DNA of 64,000 nt from contig JASFYO010000003.1 in the NCBI GenBank assembly GCA_045047305.1, forward strand, positions 64,001 through 128,000, written 5' to 3'. Origin of the DNA: Planctomycetota bacterium (GTDB taxonomy: Bacteria > Planctomycetota > UBA1135). Of this stretch, positions 48,233 through 57,884 are shown in pieces; position 1 is the stretch's first letter; the number at the start of each line of letters is the position of its first letter. The translations under genes were made by a program, and so were the position numbers. The notes under the pieces were generated by a model, which was not told the origin of the DNA, did not search any database, and was given only the letters and a program-made list of their open reading frames with translations.

Positions 48233-49876
48233 ATGGAAGCGACTCAAAACGCTGTGGAACCTGTCCACTTCGAAACTCATCCCGACCGCTATCAGCACCT
48301 CAAGGTGGAGATCGACGGTCCGGTTGCGCGCCTCATCATCGATATCAATGAAGATGGTGGCCTACGTCCGGGTTATGTGTTGAAACTCAACAGCTACGAC
48401 CTTGGTGTCGATATTGAGCTTTCCGATGCGGTGCAACGTCTGCGTTTCGAGAACCCAGAGGTGGGGGCCGTCATGGTCACCAGCGGGCAAGAAGGTGTAT
48501 TCAGCTCGGGCGCGAATATCTTCATGTTGGGCAGCAGCACTCACGCATGGAAGGTCAACTTTTGTAAGTACACCAACGAAACCCGCGGATCGATTGAGGA
48601 TGCAACCGAGTTTTCCGGGCAGACTTACATCGCAGCTTTGAATGGTGTGGCATCGGGTGGTGGTTATGAACTTCCACTCGCCTGTGAGGAAATGTACTTG
48701 GTCGACGACCGCCGTTCCGCGGTATCGCTTCCAGAAATTCCTTACCTCGGTGTACTTCCAGGCACCGGCGGTTTGACCCGCTTGGTCGATAAGCGTTTTG
48801 TGCGTCGCGATTTGGCCGATGCTTTCGTCACTCTTGCAGAAGGAGTGAAAGGAAAGCGCGCTGTGCAGTGGGGTTTGGTCGATGGCATCTTCCCAACTTC
48901 TAAGTTTGAGGAAGGCGTAGCTGCTCGCGTTGCCGAAGTTGCAGGCGAAGGGCATCCGGAGCGTAAGGGCATCACTTTGGAAGCTCTTAAGCCAACTGAA
49001 AATGAGTTTGGCGTGCAATATCAGCACGTAAACCTGGAATTGGACACTTCGGAGCGCACCGCAACTCTAACCATTACCCTTCCTGACAGTCTTCCGGAAA
49101 TCCCAGCCGACGCACGCGACCTTGGCAGTGCTTGGTACCCATTGCGCGCCTTCCGCGAGTTAGACGATGCCATCATGCGCTTGCGTTTGAACTATCCGCA
49201 CATCGGTTTGGTTTTGCTCAAGACCCGCGGCAAAGCGGAAACGATTTTGGCTCTCGATGAAATGATGGATGCACGCCGTGATGACTGGTTCGTCAACGAA
49301 GTGCTGCTGTTCATGAAACGCACCTTCAAGCGTTTGGATTACACCGCCAAGAGTTTCTTTGCCATTATCGATCAAGGCTCTGCTTTTGCAGGAAGCTTCT
49401 ACGAGTTTGCGCTCGCTGCCGACCGTTCTTTCATGTTGGAAGAAGAAGGTGTGACCGTGCAGCTCTCAGTCATGAACGGCGGTACCTTCCCGATGGGCAA
49501 TGGTCTGTCGCGTTTAGAAACTCGCTTCTTTGGCCACGAAGGTGTTGCTGAAGGATTGGCAGCCCGGCGCGAAGCTTTCGATTCCGATGAAGCGGAAGAA
49601 CTCGGTCTGATCACCGTTGCCGCCGACGACATTGACTGGGACGATGAAGTGCGCCTCGCTATCGAAGAGCGGGTCAACTTTTCACCCGACTCCTTAACCG
49701 GCATGGAAGCGAGTATTCGTTTTGCCGGTCCTGAGACCATGGAAACCAAGATCTTCGGCCGCCTGACAGCGTGGCAGAACTGGATCTTCCAGCGTCCCAA
49801 TGCTGTCGGACCGAAGGGCGCATTAAGCCTCTACGGTCGTCCTGAATCCCCTGAATTCGATTGGAATCGCACCTAA
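48233..49876 (+). CDS. boxC: 2,3-epoxybenzoyl-CoA dihydrolase
   Basis: LRPGYVLKLNSYDLGVDIEL.DAVQRLRFE.PEV, HAWKVNFCKYTNETR, SPDSLTGMEA, ETMETKIFGRLTAWQNWIFQRPNAVG. Confidence 0.95.
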   Translation: MEATQNAVEPVHFETHPDRYQHLKVEIDGPVARLIIDINEDGGLRPGYVLKLNSYDLGVDIELSDAVQRLRFENPEVGAVMVTSGQEGVFSSGANIFMLGSSTHAWKVNFCKYTNETRGSIEDATEFSGQTYIAALNGVASGGGYELPLACEEMYLVDDRRSAVSLPEIPYLGVLPGTGGLTRLVDKRFVRRDLADAFVTLAEGVKGKRAVQWGLVDGIFPTSKFEEGVAARVAEVAGEGHPERKGITLEALKPTENEFGVQYQHVNLELDTSERTATLTITLPDSLPEIPADARDLGSAWYPLRAFRELDDAIMRLRLNYPHIGLVLLKTRGKAETILALDEMMDARRDDWFVNEVLLFMKRTFKRLDYTAKSFFAIIDQGSAFAGSFYEFALAADRSFMLEEEGVTVQLSVMNGGTFPMGNGLSRLETRFFGHEGVAEGLAARREAFDSDEAEELGLITVAADDIDWDDEVRLAIEERVNFSPDSLTGMEASIRFAGPETMETKIFGRLTAWQNWIFQRPNAVGPKGALSLYGRPESPEFDWNRT

Positions 49877-49879
49877 AGC

Positions 49880-51304
49880 ATGGCTATCACCTACGACAAA
49901 ATTCCCAACAACATTGATCTCGCAAGTAACCGCAAGGTCAAGAAGGCACTCGAAGCTTGGCAGCCCGATTTCAAAGATTGGTGGATGGAGATGGGGCCGG
50001 AAGGTTTCCAGGACGATGACATCTATCTGCGTACTGCGATTAGCGTAGATTCCAGTGGCTGGGCGCATTTTGATTACGTCAAAATGCCTGACTACCGCTG
50101 GGGTATTTTTCTCGCACCGCCAGTCAAAGACCGCAAGATTGGCTTTGGCGATAACGCAGAAATGAATGTCTGGGATCAGGTTCCTGGCGAATACCGTAAA
50201 GAGTTACGTCGCATGATTGTGACTCAATGCGATACCGAGCCGGCATCGGTGGAGCAGCAGCGTTTGCTCGGAAAGTGTGCGCCAAGTCTTTATGACATGC
50301 GCAACTTGTTCCAGGTCAATGTTGAGGAAGGCCGCCACCTATGGGCCATGGTGCACTTGCTGCACGAGTACTTCGGTAAGGACGGGCGTGACGAGGCCGA
50401 CGAAATGCTGCAACGTCGTTCGGGTAATCCGGACACCCCACGGATCCTGGAAGCCTTTAATAAGCCAGTCGAAGATTGGCTGGCCTTCTTTTGCTTTGCC
50501 ATGTACATGGACCGCGACGGCAAGTTTCAGTTAGGTGCTTTGGCGGAAAGTGGTTTCGATCCACTCGCACGGGCAACCAAGTTTATGTTGACTGAGGAAG
50601 CGCATCACTTGTTTGTTGGAGAAACCGGCGTAGGGCGCGTGGTTGCCCGCACCGCCCAGGTGATGGCGGAGAACCCGGAGACCGACCCACATCAGCTGGG
50701 TGTGGTGCCTTTGGACATCATCCAAAAGTACATCAACGAGTGGTACACCGGCTCCCTCGACTTGTTCGGTGGAGAAGATAGTTCCAATGCAGCGAATTAC
50801 TTTGGTTCTGGACTGAAGGGGCGCTTTCAAGAAATGAATCCGAAGCGCTTTACTGAGCATCAAGCTATGGACGAGTGCTACAACTTGGATTGGATGGAAG
50901 ACGGCAAGATGGCCAGCCATGAGATCCCGATGCGCCGTGCCATGAACTTAGTCCTGCGGGATGCTTACAAAGAGGATTGTGTGCGCGCCATGGTGCGCTG
51001 GAATAAGAGCCTCGAGAAGGCTGGACTGGATGAGCGCCTTTACCTGCCATCGCAGCGCTTCAACCGCCGTATTGGTGTTTATGCGAATCAAAGTTTCGAC
51101 CCTCACGGGGAGATATTGAGTGAAAAGGCATTCACCGAGCAGTTTCCTCAGTGGATTCCGACCACTACCGATTTGGAATACGTGAAGTCTCTTATGGTGC
51201 AGGTCACCACCCCTGGTGAATATGCAGGCTGGATTAATCCACCTTCCAAAGGACTCAACGGCCAGCCGGTTGATTTCGAATACGTGAAGTTTGTAAACGC
51301 ATGA
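49880..51304 (+). CDS. boxB: Benzoyl-CoA 2,3-epoxidase diiron subunit
   Basis: KIPNNIDL, YLRTAISVD..GWAHFDYVKMPDYRWGIF, DTEPASVEQQ, NVEEGRHLW, DRDGKFQL, LTEEAHH. Confidence 0.96.
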   Translation: MAITYDKIPNNIDLASNRKVKKALEAWQPDFKDWWMEMGPEGFQDDDIYLRTAISVDSSGWAHFDYVKMPDYRWGIFLAPPVKDRKIGFGDNAEMNVWDQVPGEYRKELRRMIVTQCDTEPASVEQQRLLGKCAPSLYDMRNLFQVNVEEGRHLWAMVHLLHEYFGKDGRDEADEMLQRRSGNPDTPRILEAFNKPVEDWLAFFCFAMYMDRDGKFQLGALAESGFDPLARATKFMLTEEAHHLFVGETGVGRVVARTAQVMAENPETDPHQLGVVPLDIIQKYINEWYTGSLDLFGGEDSSNAANYFGSGLKGRFQEMNPKRFTEHQAMDECYNLDWMEDGKMASHEIPMRRAMNLVLRDAYKEDCVRAMVRWNKSLEKAGLDERLYLPSQRFNRRIGVYANQSFDPHGEILSEKAFTEQFPQWIPTTTDLEYVKSLMVQVTTPGEYAGWINPPSKGLNGQPVDFEYVKFVNA

Positions 51305-52881
51305 GCACCACAGCAACGCTTTTGAAAAGCCACCTTTGCGGTGGTTGGCATCAGGGTGATGGCGAGACCGTCACCCTGTTCAATCCCACGACCGGGGAAG
51401 CCGTAGGGGAAGTATCCCGCGGTGGACATGACTTAAAGGCAGCATTGCAATATGCACGGGAAGTCGGTGGTCCAACTCTACGCGCGATGAGCTTTGCCGA
51501 GCGTGGCGCATTGCTTGCTGCTATGGCCAACGCCTGGCATGCCCATCGCGATGAGCTTTTGGATTTGAGCACTCTGTCGGGGGGGAACACCCGTGGCGAT
51601 GCCAAGTTTGACATCGATGGTGGCACTGGCACCTTGATGGCTTATGCAAAGATTGGCGAGAAGCTTGGAGAAGCCAAGTTCTTCATCGATGGAGAAAGCA
51701 TTCGCCTTTCGCGCAGTCCCCGTTTCGTCGGACGTCACGTGCAAACTCCGCGCGGTGGAGTTGCGGTGCATATTAATGCCTACAACTTCCCAGCCTGGGG
51801 CATGGCGGAAAAGGCTGCCTGCGCCATTCTTGCTGGAATGCCGGTTTTGACTAAACCTGCGACCAGCACCTCGCTATTAGCGGAACGCATGATGGAAATC
51901 TTGGTGGAAGACAAGGTGCTTCCCGAAGGTGTGCTACAGATGTTGGTCGGTTCCGCTAGCGATTTGCTCGACCATGTCAGCGGACAGGATGTCGTCGCAT
52001 TCACGGGGTCGGCATGGACTGGTCGCACGATTCGTTCCGGTAAAGCGGTCATTGCAAACTCGGTGCGGGTCAACGTCGAAGCCGATAGTTTGAATTCCGC
52101 AGTCCTCGGGCCTGATGTCAAGCCGCAGAAAGAAACCTGGGATTTGATGGTGCGCGAAGTTACCACCGACATGACCCAAAAGGCTGGTCAGAAATGCACT
52201 GCGATCCGGCGCATCTTTGTGCCGGTTGAGAAGGTTGAGGAATTTAAAGCAGACTTGAAGGAGTCCATCGCTAGCATTCGCGTCGGCAATCCTGCTACCC
52301 GTGGAGTTCGCATGGGGCCGGTTGCCAGTGCAGCGCAACTTAAGGATGTGCAAGAAGGCATTGCGGAACTTCTGCAAGAGTCCGACATCGTCCATGGCGA
52401 ACAAGGCCGCGGTACCTTGTTAGAGGTGGAGGAGGGCAAGGGTTATTTCCAAGCTCCTGTGCTGCTGCAAATTCGGGACAGCCAAACCGCCAAGCTAGTG
52501 CATGAGCGCGAAGTTTTTGGCCCAGTTGCAACACTCATCCCTTACGACGGCGATGCAGCCGCGCTTGGCGCTTTGCTGAATAAGGGCGAAGGTGGGCTTG
52601 TGGCTTCGATTTACTCCGATGACCGCAAATTCGCTGCAGACCTCATGACCGTGGTGGCTCCATTCAATGGGCGCCTCAACTTCGGCAGCAAGAAGGTTGC
52701 GGAGATGTCGATGGGACCTGGCGCAGTGCTTCCTATGTTGGTTCACGGCGGCCCCGGAAGGGCTGGTGCCGGTGAGGAACTAGGCGGTCTGCGTGGTATG
52801 TCGCTTTATATGCAACGCACTGCGTTGCAAGGCGACGAGCCGATGTTGGCCGAGATCATGGCCGACGGCATTGAAGTCTAA
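51301..52881 (+). CDS. 3,4-dehydroadipyl-CoA semialdehyde dehydrogenase (PaaZ-N-like ALDH)
   Basis: DIDGG.GTL, HINAYNFPAWG..EK, FTGSA, EADSLN, KAGQKCTAIRR, EVFGPV, HGGPGRAGAGEELGG; coupled to boxB. Confidence 0.88.
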   Translation: MSTTATLLKSHLCGGWHQGDGETVTLFNPTTGEAVGEVSRGGHDLKAALQYAREVGGPTLRAMSFAERGALLAAMANAWHAHRDELLDLSTLSGGNTRGDAKFDIDGGTGTLMAYAKIGEKLGEAKFFIDGESIRLSRSPRFVGRHVQTPRGGVAVHINAYNFPAWGMAEKAACAILAGMPVLTKPATSTSLLAERMMEILVEDKVLPEGVLQMLVGSASDLLDHVSGQDVVAFTGSAWTGRTIRSGKAVIANSVRVNVEADSLNSAVLGPDVKPQKETWDLMVREVTTDMTQKAGQKCTAIRRIFVPVEKVEEFKADLKESIASIRVGNPATRGVRMGPVASAAQLKDVQEGIAELLQESDIVHGEQGRGTLLEVEEGKGYFQAPVLLQIRDSQTAKLVHEREVFGPVATLIPYDGDAAALGALLNKGEGGLVASIYSDDRKFAADLMTVVAPFNGRLNFGSKKVAEMSMGPGAVLPMLVHGGPGRAGAGEELGGLRGMSLYMQRTALQGDEPMLAEIMADGIEV

Positions 52882-52916
52882 ACTCACTCTCATAAGAATC
52901 CCCTAAACTCACCTCC

Positions 52917-53804
52917 ATGATTTCCCTCATCCCTTTCTTCCTGCAGGACGGCGTAAATAACATCCTTGATTCTGCGACGCAAAATCCTGAATCGAAAGAT
53001 TTCATGACCGGAATCCAAAATTTTGTGCTTAATAACTGGATGGCTGCGGTCGTCGGGCTACTTGCCTTTTTCGTTATGGGCATTGTTGCTGGCTGGGCCA
53101 ATAGCATCACGCGCAAAGCATGTGAGAAAGCCAAAGTGGAAGAGACTCTTGCGCGTTTCTTCGGCAAGATGGCTAAGACCAGTGTTCTGCTCATAGGAAC
53201 GTTGCTCATTCTCGGCACCTTTGGCGTCGATACGGCAAGCTTTTCCGTCATTCTCGGTGCCATGGGTTTGGCGATTGGTATGGCGCTACAAGGAACACTT
53301 GGCAACTTTGCATCCGGCATCATGTTGTTGATTTTCCGCCCCTTCCGAGTTGGCGATGTCATCAACGCAGCTGGAGTCATCGGCAAAGTTTGTGAGATTG
53401 AGCTGTTTACAACGGTACTCGACACTCCAGACAATCGTCGCATCATCATTCCTAACGGCGCCATCTTTGGTGGCACGATTGAGAACATTTCGCACCACAG
53501 TACACGCCGTTGCGAAGTTGCAGTGGGCACGGACTACACCGCCGATCTAGACAAAACTCGTGCGGTCCTAGATAAAGCAGCCGCAGGTGTGGCCGAGCGC
53601 ATTGAAGATCCGGGGCATCAAATCGTCCTGGCAAGCCTTGGCGATAGCTGCATCGACTGGAAGATTCGTATTTGGTGCAAGAGCTCGGATTACTGGGGCT
53701 GCATGGAGGCCACCACACGTGCGGTCAAAATGGCCCTCGACGAGGCTGGCATTGGCATCCCATACCCGCAAATGGATGTCCACATGGACAAGCTCGACGG
53801 CTAA
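52917..53804 (+). CDS. mscS: Small-conductance mechanosensitive channel
   Basis: GLAIGMALQGTLGNFASG, RPFRVGD, IIIPN, GIGIPYPQ. Confidence 0.93.
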   Translation: MISLIPFFLQDGVNNILDSATQNPESKDFMTGIQNFVLNNWMAAVVGLLAFFVMGIVAGWANSITRKACEKAKVEETLARFFGKMAKTSVLLIGTLLILGTFGVDTASFSVILGAMGLAIGMALQGTLGNFASGIMLLIFRPFRVGDVINAAGVIGKVCEIELFTTVLDTPDNRRIIIPNGAIFGGTIENISHHSTRRCEVAVGTDYTADLDKTRAVLDKAAAGVAERIEDPGHQIVLASLGDSCIDWKIRIWCKSSDYWGCMEATTRAVKMALDEAGIGIPYPQMDVHMDKLDG

Positions 53805-53813
53805 GATGCACGC

Positions 53814-54077
53814 ATGAGCGTTCAACAAGTCGTGCTGATTTGGATAGCGATCACCTCGGTGGTCGCTTTCCTCAATTTTGGCTGGGACAAGCAGCGTGCG
53901 AAAAAAAATCGCAACCGAGTTCCGGAACGAGTGCTGATGGCCTGGTCGATGGTCGGAGGTGCACCCGGTGGGGCTTTAGGCATGATTGCCTTTCGCCACA
54001 AAATCAGAAAACCCTCATTCTGGGTGGTGGAGCTAGCCGGCTGTTGCCTTTGGGGTTGGACCGCTTTTTCCGTTTAA
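53814..54077 (+). CDS. DUF1294 family membrane protein
   Basis: GWDKQRA...RVPERVL...GGAPGGALGM..FRHKIRK..F. Confidence 0.9.
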   Translation: MSVQQVVLIWIAITSVVAFLNFGWDKQRAKKNRNRVPERVLMAWSMVGGAPGGALGMIAFRHKIRKPSFWVVELAGCCLWGWTAFSV

Positions 54078-54844
54078 AGCATGGCCACGGCAGCGGGGTC
54101 CTGCCGGTAAAAAGTTTTGAGCAAGGCATAAACCTCAGCCTCTAGCTTGCTTAAATCCTGTGGACGCTCAAAGAACATTTCCGTAGCGACTGCAAAAAAC
54201 TCCGCTGGATTGGTTGCGCCATAAGCGTCAAGGAATGTCGGTGTGCCGCGCTGCACCATTTCGGCATGACGTAATGCCGCTGCGCTCATGCGTTGCCGCC
54301 AATCATTTTCCTCATGGTCTTGCGTGAGCGGAGGGATGCCGTCGGTGATGCCATCGAGCATGTCGAGCTTGTGTGCAAACTCATGAAAAACGGTGTTTTG
54401 GCCGTCATTAGGATTGCGTCCACCTTGGTAGGCATGATCCCAAGCTAGAACAATAGGACCGTTGGGCCATGCTTCGCCAAGATTCGTATGCTCGCGGTTT
54501 TCAATTACCCCATCGGGCGACTGTTGCTGCGAACGATGCCGGAATACCGATGGATAGACCAAGATGGTGTTGACCTTTTGGTAGAACACATGGTCCAAAT
54601 TCAGAATAAGTAGACAAGCCTGCGCCGCAATCACGACCCGAATTTTGTCGCGCATTTCGAGCCCGTCGCAGCCCTCAAAATCCTTTTCTGCAAGGAATAC
54701 GCACATCAAATCGCATAAGCGAGCGCGGTCCGAAGGGTGAAGTCGCTCGACGAATGGCAAAACGTCGAGCCATTGCTCCCACTCCAAAGGCAAGCCTCGT
54801 TTGACCAAGCGAGCACGTCGGCGGCGGCGGGACCATGGGAACAT
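54074..54844 (-). CDS. mtfA: MtfA-like zinc peptidase (M90)
   Basis: IAAQACLL, ILVYP, GEAW, HEFAHKLD, YGATNPAEFFAVATE.FFE.P. Confidence 0.88.
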   Translation of the reverse strand: MFPWSRRRRRARLVKRGLPLEWEQWLDVLPFVERLHPSDRARLCDLMCVFLAEKDFEGCDGLEMRDKIRVVIAAQACLLILNLDHVFYQKVNTILVYPSVFRHRSQQQSPDGVIENREHTNLGEAWPNGPIVLAWDHAYQGGRNPNDGQNTVFHEFAHKLDMLDGITDGIPPLTQDHEENDWRQRMSAAALRHAEMVQRGTPTFLDAYGATNPAEFFAVATEMFFERPQDLSKLEAEVYALLKTFYRQDPAAVAML

Positions 54845-54849
54845 GCCGG

Positions 54850-54859
54850 AGTGTATCCT
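54850..54859. promoter_or_regulatory. Bidirectional promoter (overlapping -10 hexamers) for mtfA and the MBL hydrolase
   Basis: TACACT (minus) 5 nt before mtfA ATG; TATCCT (plus) 10 nt before ATG54870. Confidence 0.6.
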
Positions 54860-54869
54860 AATGACAATC

Positions 54870-55613
54870 ATGCTCATCCGTCATAGTCGCGATTCTCAAT
54901 GGCTCTCCAACAGTTGGTTGGTGGCTGATAAACCTGGCGGGCATGCAGTGTTGATCGATACGGGAGGCCCGCAACAACCGTTGCTGGCTGCGATCGAGGA
55001 GTTCTCGCTAACTCTAACGCATGTACTCAACACACATCACCACCATGATCACGTGACCTTCAATAAGGAGTGGAAGCAGTCTTTTGGCTGCCCTGTTTGT
55101 GCCCACCATGCTGAAGAAAGTTTGATTCCTGGCTTCACTCAGAGATTGGCTGATGGCGACGAAATTCGCAGCGGTGAACTTGTTGTGCGCGCGATGCACA
55201 TTCCAGGCCACACTGCCGGTCAGCTTGCCTTTCTCATTAATGAGAAGGCCGTTTTTACTGGAGATACCTTATTCCGAGGTTCGGTGGGCGGCACTTGTGC
55301 ACCAGGCCACACTGTTTTCGCGGAGTTGCAACATTCGATTATGGATAGGTTAATGACTTTGCCGAAGCAGACGGAAGTTTATCCTGGGCATATGGAGCCC
55401 ACTTCGGTGGGGCGAGAGTGGGAAGAAAACCCCTTCTTGCGTATCTGGCGAGGTCTTGAGCAATCCCAGAAAACGCCATGTACTGCCTTTGGTAAAGCTG
55501 CGGAGTTACTTTTGCGCGCACCCGATTACGATGGTGGGACGAAATGTTGGGTGCGTTTTGAGGACGGTCGCGAAGATGTGGTGCCAGGAAGTCGAGTCCA
55601 CGATCTTAGTTAA
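54870..55613 (+). CDS. MBL-fold metallo-hydrolase (glyoxalase II-like) with short C-terminal extension
   Basis: THHHHDH, PGHTAG, FTGDTLF, YPGH. Confidence 0.88.
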   Translation: MLIRHSRDSQWLSNSWLVADKPGGHAVLIDTGGPQQPLLAAIEEFSLTLTHVLNTHHHHDHVTFNKEWKQSFGCPVCAHHAEESLIPGFTQRLADGDEIRSGELVVRAMHIPGHTAGQLAFLINEKAVFTGDTLFRGSVGGTCAPGHTVFAELQHSIMDRLMTLPKQTEVYPGHMEPTSVGREWEENPFLRIWRGLEQSQKTPCTAFGKAAELLLRAPDYDGGTKCWVRFEDGREDVVPGSRVHDLS

Positions 55614-57884
55614 TCAATCGCGGGTATCGTTGGCTTTGCGTATTAATAGATCTTCAAAACGGTCCAGGAAATCCCACTCGCGCCCAGACCAGATATGACC
55701 ACCGAAGCGTGTGCGGTAAACCAAACGAGTAATCGTGCTGAGTGGAAGATAAAATTCACCTCCCCAGCGCTGCACCGACCGAGCGAATTCCGAAGCCGAT
55801 TCACTGCGTTTTTTGTGGAATCCTAAGATTTCTAAGTGGCTGCGAACGCGAGCCCAATAGTCCATGGCAAGGATGGCTTCGGTGGAAAACATGGCCTCTT
55901 TAGCGTGCTGTTTTTTGCGTTGCATCAAGACGCTAGCCAAATTGCCAATCGTGACTGCGAGAACCACGATGCCGAGGATGGCACCAATGGAAGTCATGAC
56001 TAGGTTGAGGCTGGCAGAGTTGGAGTTCAAGCTTTGACTTGGCTGTTCCGTCTCCTCTACGGCGGCAGGTATCTCTAGGGCAACAGGTGGAGCTGGGTCT
56101 TCAGGGAAGGCTTCTGTGTCCTGACGTGCCCGCAAAGCCGCAATTGCATCCATACGTGAGCCGGAAGGCGTAGGTTCGAGAGTCCGCCACGTGCCATCAT
56201 TTTGCAATACCTCGACCCAGGCATGTCCTGGTAAACGCCCAAGGTAGGCCTGATGTTGCGTGGAATATTCTGTCACCATAAAGCCGGTGGCTACCCGACA
56301 TGCAATCCCGTTGGCGCGCAAGTAAAGCATGGCGGCCGATGCAAAGTAAGAGCAGTACCCACGCTTCTGTTCAAAGAAATCGGAAAAGGCTTGAATCCCA
56401 TTTTTGGCCGAGGGCTCTAAGTCGTACACATAATCCTGATGAAAGTGATTCAGGATGCGGTCAAGTTTAGCTTGCTGGGAGGGCTTTTCTTGGCACAGAT
56501 CTAAAGCAGCTTGCACCCAAGGACGAAACTCCGCTTCTTTTGGCAGCGTTAGGTAGCGTGGGGGAGCGCGTCGGACCGAAACCAGTGGTACGTTTTTATT
56601 CACTGGATGGCTCAGCCATTGGTACTCAAACATCGCAGACTTTGGCACTTCTGCCAAAGCCGTATGGTCATTCTCATCCAGGCGGCAACTTGGATAGCGC
56701 AGCGCAACCATGGTGCGATCGTGGAGGAGGAAAGAAAGCCGCCCCTTGCCTCCGTTCTGTTGATGTAACAGAGGTCGGGTTTTCATCTTGAACTGGATCA
56801 CGGCATCCTTGCGGAAGTCTGGGTTGAAAATCACCCAATCGTCCGATCCAAGCCCACTATTGGCATGGAAAATCGCTTCCGGCGCAAAACCCCGAGAAAG
56901 ACCCTTTTCGCTAAGGGTGTCGAAGGTTGTGGCTGCCAAGTAAAGCGGGCGTGCCGCCGAGAAATAGGGGCGCGTACGGTTGATGTCGCGATCGGAACGC
57001 AGCTGAAAGAGCCATACATCCTTGGTTGATTGCGTAACTCTACCTTGCCATGGAATTTCAGTCGGAAAGATAAAGTCACGAGGCGGCTCATGGTCAATCT
57101 CCGCCAAATCCCTGTTTGAATTTTCTTCGCCGGTGTCGCTGTTGGCGTTGTCAGAGGCTACAAAAGAATCGCTCGACACAGCTTTTTCCTTGGGAACCAT
57201 CCAGCTAGTCGTTTGTTGCAGTATGAGGCCAAGGGGAAACAGCATTAACCCCATGATCATCATGAAGCGGGCTCGCGCCCAAAGGCCAGCGCCGTCTTCT
57301 GGCGGGTTCAGGTGAGAGCGTTCATGTCGGAGCAGGCGCCGACGGGACCAGCGGGCATGAAGCCAGGTAGCGATGCCGCCGGCCAGAAGAAGGCTGCTGA
57401 GCATCCAGGTGCTAACGATGGCTCGCGCGAGTAAATCCCCAGGCCACAATACGTGGTGCGCTAGAAGAAGTTCTGCTGTGGAAAGGATTAACGCTAAGGC
57501 GGCGAAGTTATCAAAGCGCGCATAACGCATCGCGTAGCCATGTAGGCAAAGTAAAAGCGCAACTCCCCAGCTAGCAGCGGTGGCACTTGGCGTTAAAAAG
57601 GGAAAACTCAAAATCATCACCAAGTAAAAGCTTTGGTTGATGAGCTCGTGATGCTTTTCCTCAAGTGAGAAAAAGTTAATCCAACGCGTAGCGAAGGGTG
57701 CGAACAGCAGGAAAAACGGAAGAAAAACGGCTAGGCCTAAGGGCCAATCGCTTTGCTTGGTAAAGAACAGCGCGCATGCGGAACCGCCAGAGATGGCAAG
57801 CACCATCAGACCCCGTTGACACCAGCCGTCGAGCGGGGATCTCGGCACTAGGTGGTAGAGACGACGTCGGGCGTAAGATCTCAT
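55614..57884 (-). CDS. Membrane-bound transglutaminase-like protein (TgpA-type)
   Basis: Multiple N-terminal TMs; KRGYCSYFASA, RVATGF, HAWVEV, WRTLEPTP; C-terminal TM and tail. Confidence 0.85.
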   Translation of the reverse strand: MRSYARRRLYHLVPRSPLDGWCQRGLMVLAISGGSACALFFTKQSDWPLGLAVFLPFFLLFAPFATRWINFFSLEEKHHELINQSFYLVMILSFPFLTPSATAASWGVALLLCLHGYAMRYARFDNFAALALILSTAELLLAHHVLWPGDLLARAIVSTWMLSSLLLAGGIATWLHARWSRRRLLRHERSHLNPPEDGAGLWARARFMMIMGLMLFPLGLILQQTTSWMVPKEKAVSSDSFVASDNANSDTGEENSNRDLAEIDHEPPRDFIFPTEIPWQGRVTQSTKDVWLFQLRSDRDINRTRPYFSAARPLYLAATTFDTLSEKGLSRGFAPEAIFHANSGLGSDDWVIFNPDFRKDAVIQFKMKTRPLLHQQNGGKGRLSFLLHDRTMVALRYPSCRLDENDHTALAEVPKSAMFEYQWLSHPVNKNVPLVSVRRAPPRYLTLPKEAEFRPWVQAALDLCQEKPSQQAKLDRILNHFHQDYVYDLEPSAKNGIQAFSDFFEQKRGYCSYFASAAMLYLRANGIACRVATGFMVTEYSTQHQAYLGRLPGHAWVEVLQNDGTWRTLEPTPSGSRMDAIAALRARQDTEAFPEDPAPPVALEIPAAVEETEQPSQSLNSNSASLNLVMTSIGAILGIVVLAVTIGNLASVLMQRKKQHAKEAMFSTEAILAMDYWARVRSHLEILGFHKKRSESASEFARSVQRWGGEFYLPLSTITRLVYRTRFGGHIWSGREWDFLDRFEDLLIRKANDTRD

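Noticed and set aside
52878..52912. CTAAACTCAC repeated twice upstream of mscS
   Set aside because: Only 10 nt, one copy overlaps the ALDH stop and the other the putative -10; too little to call an operator
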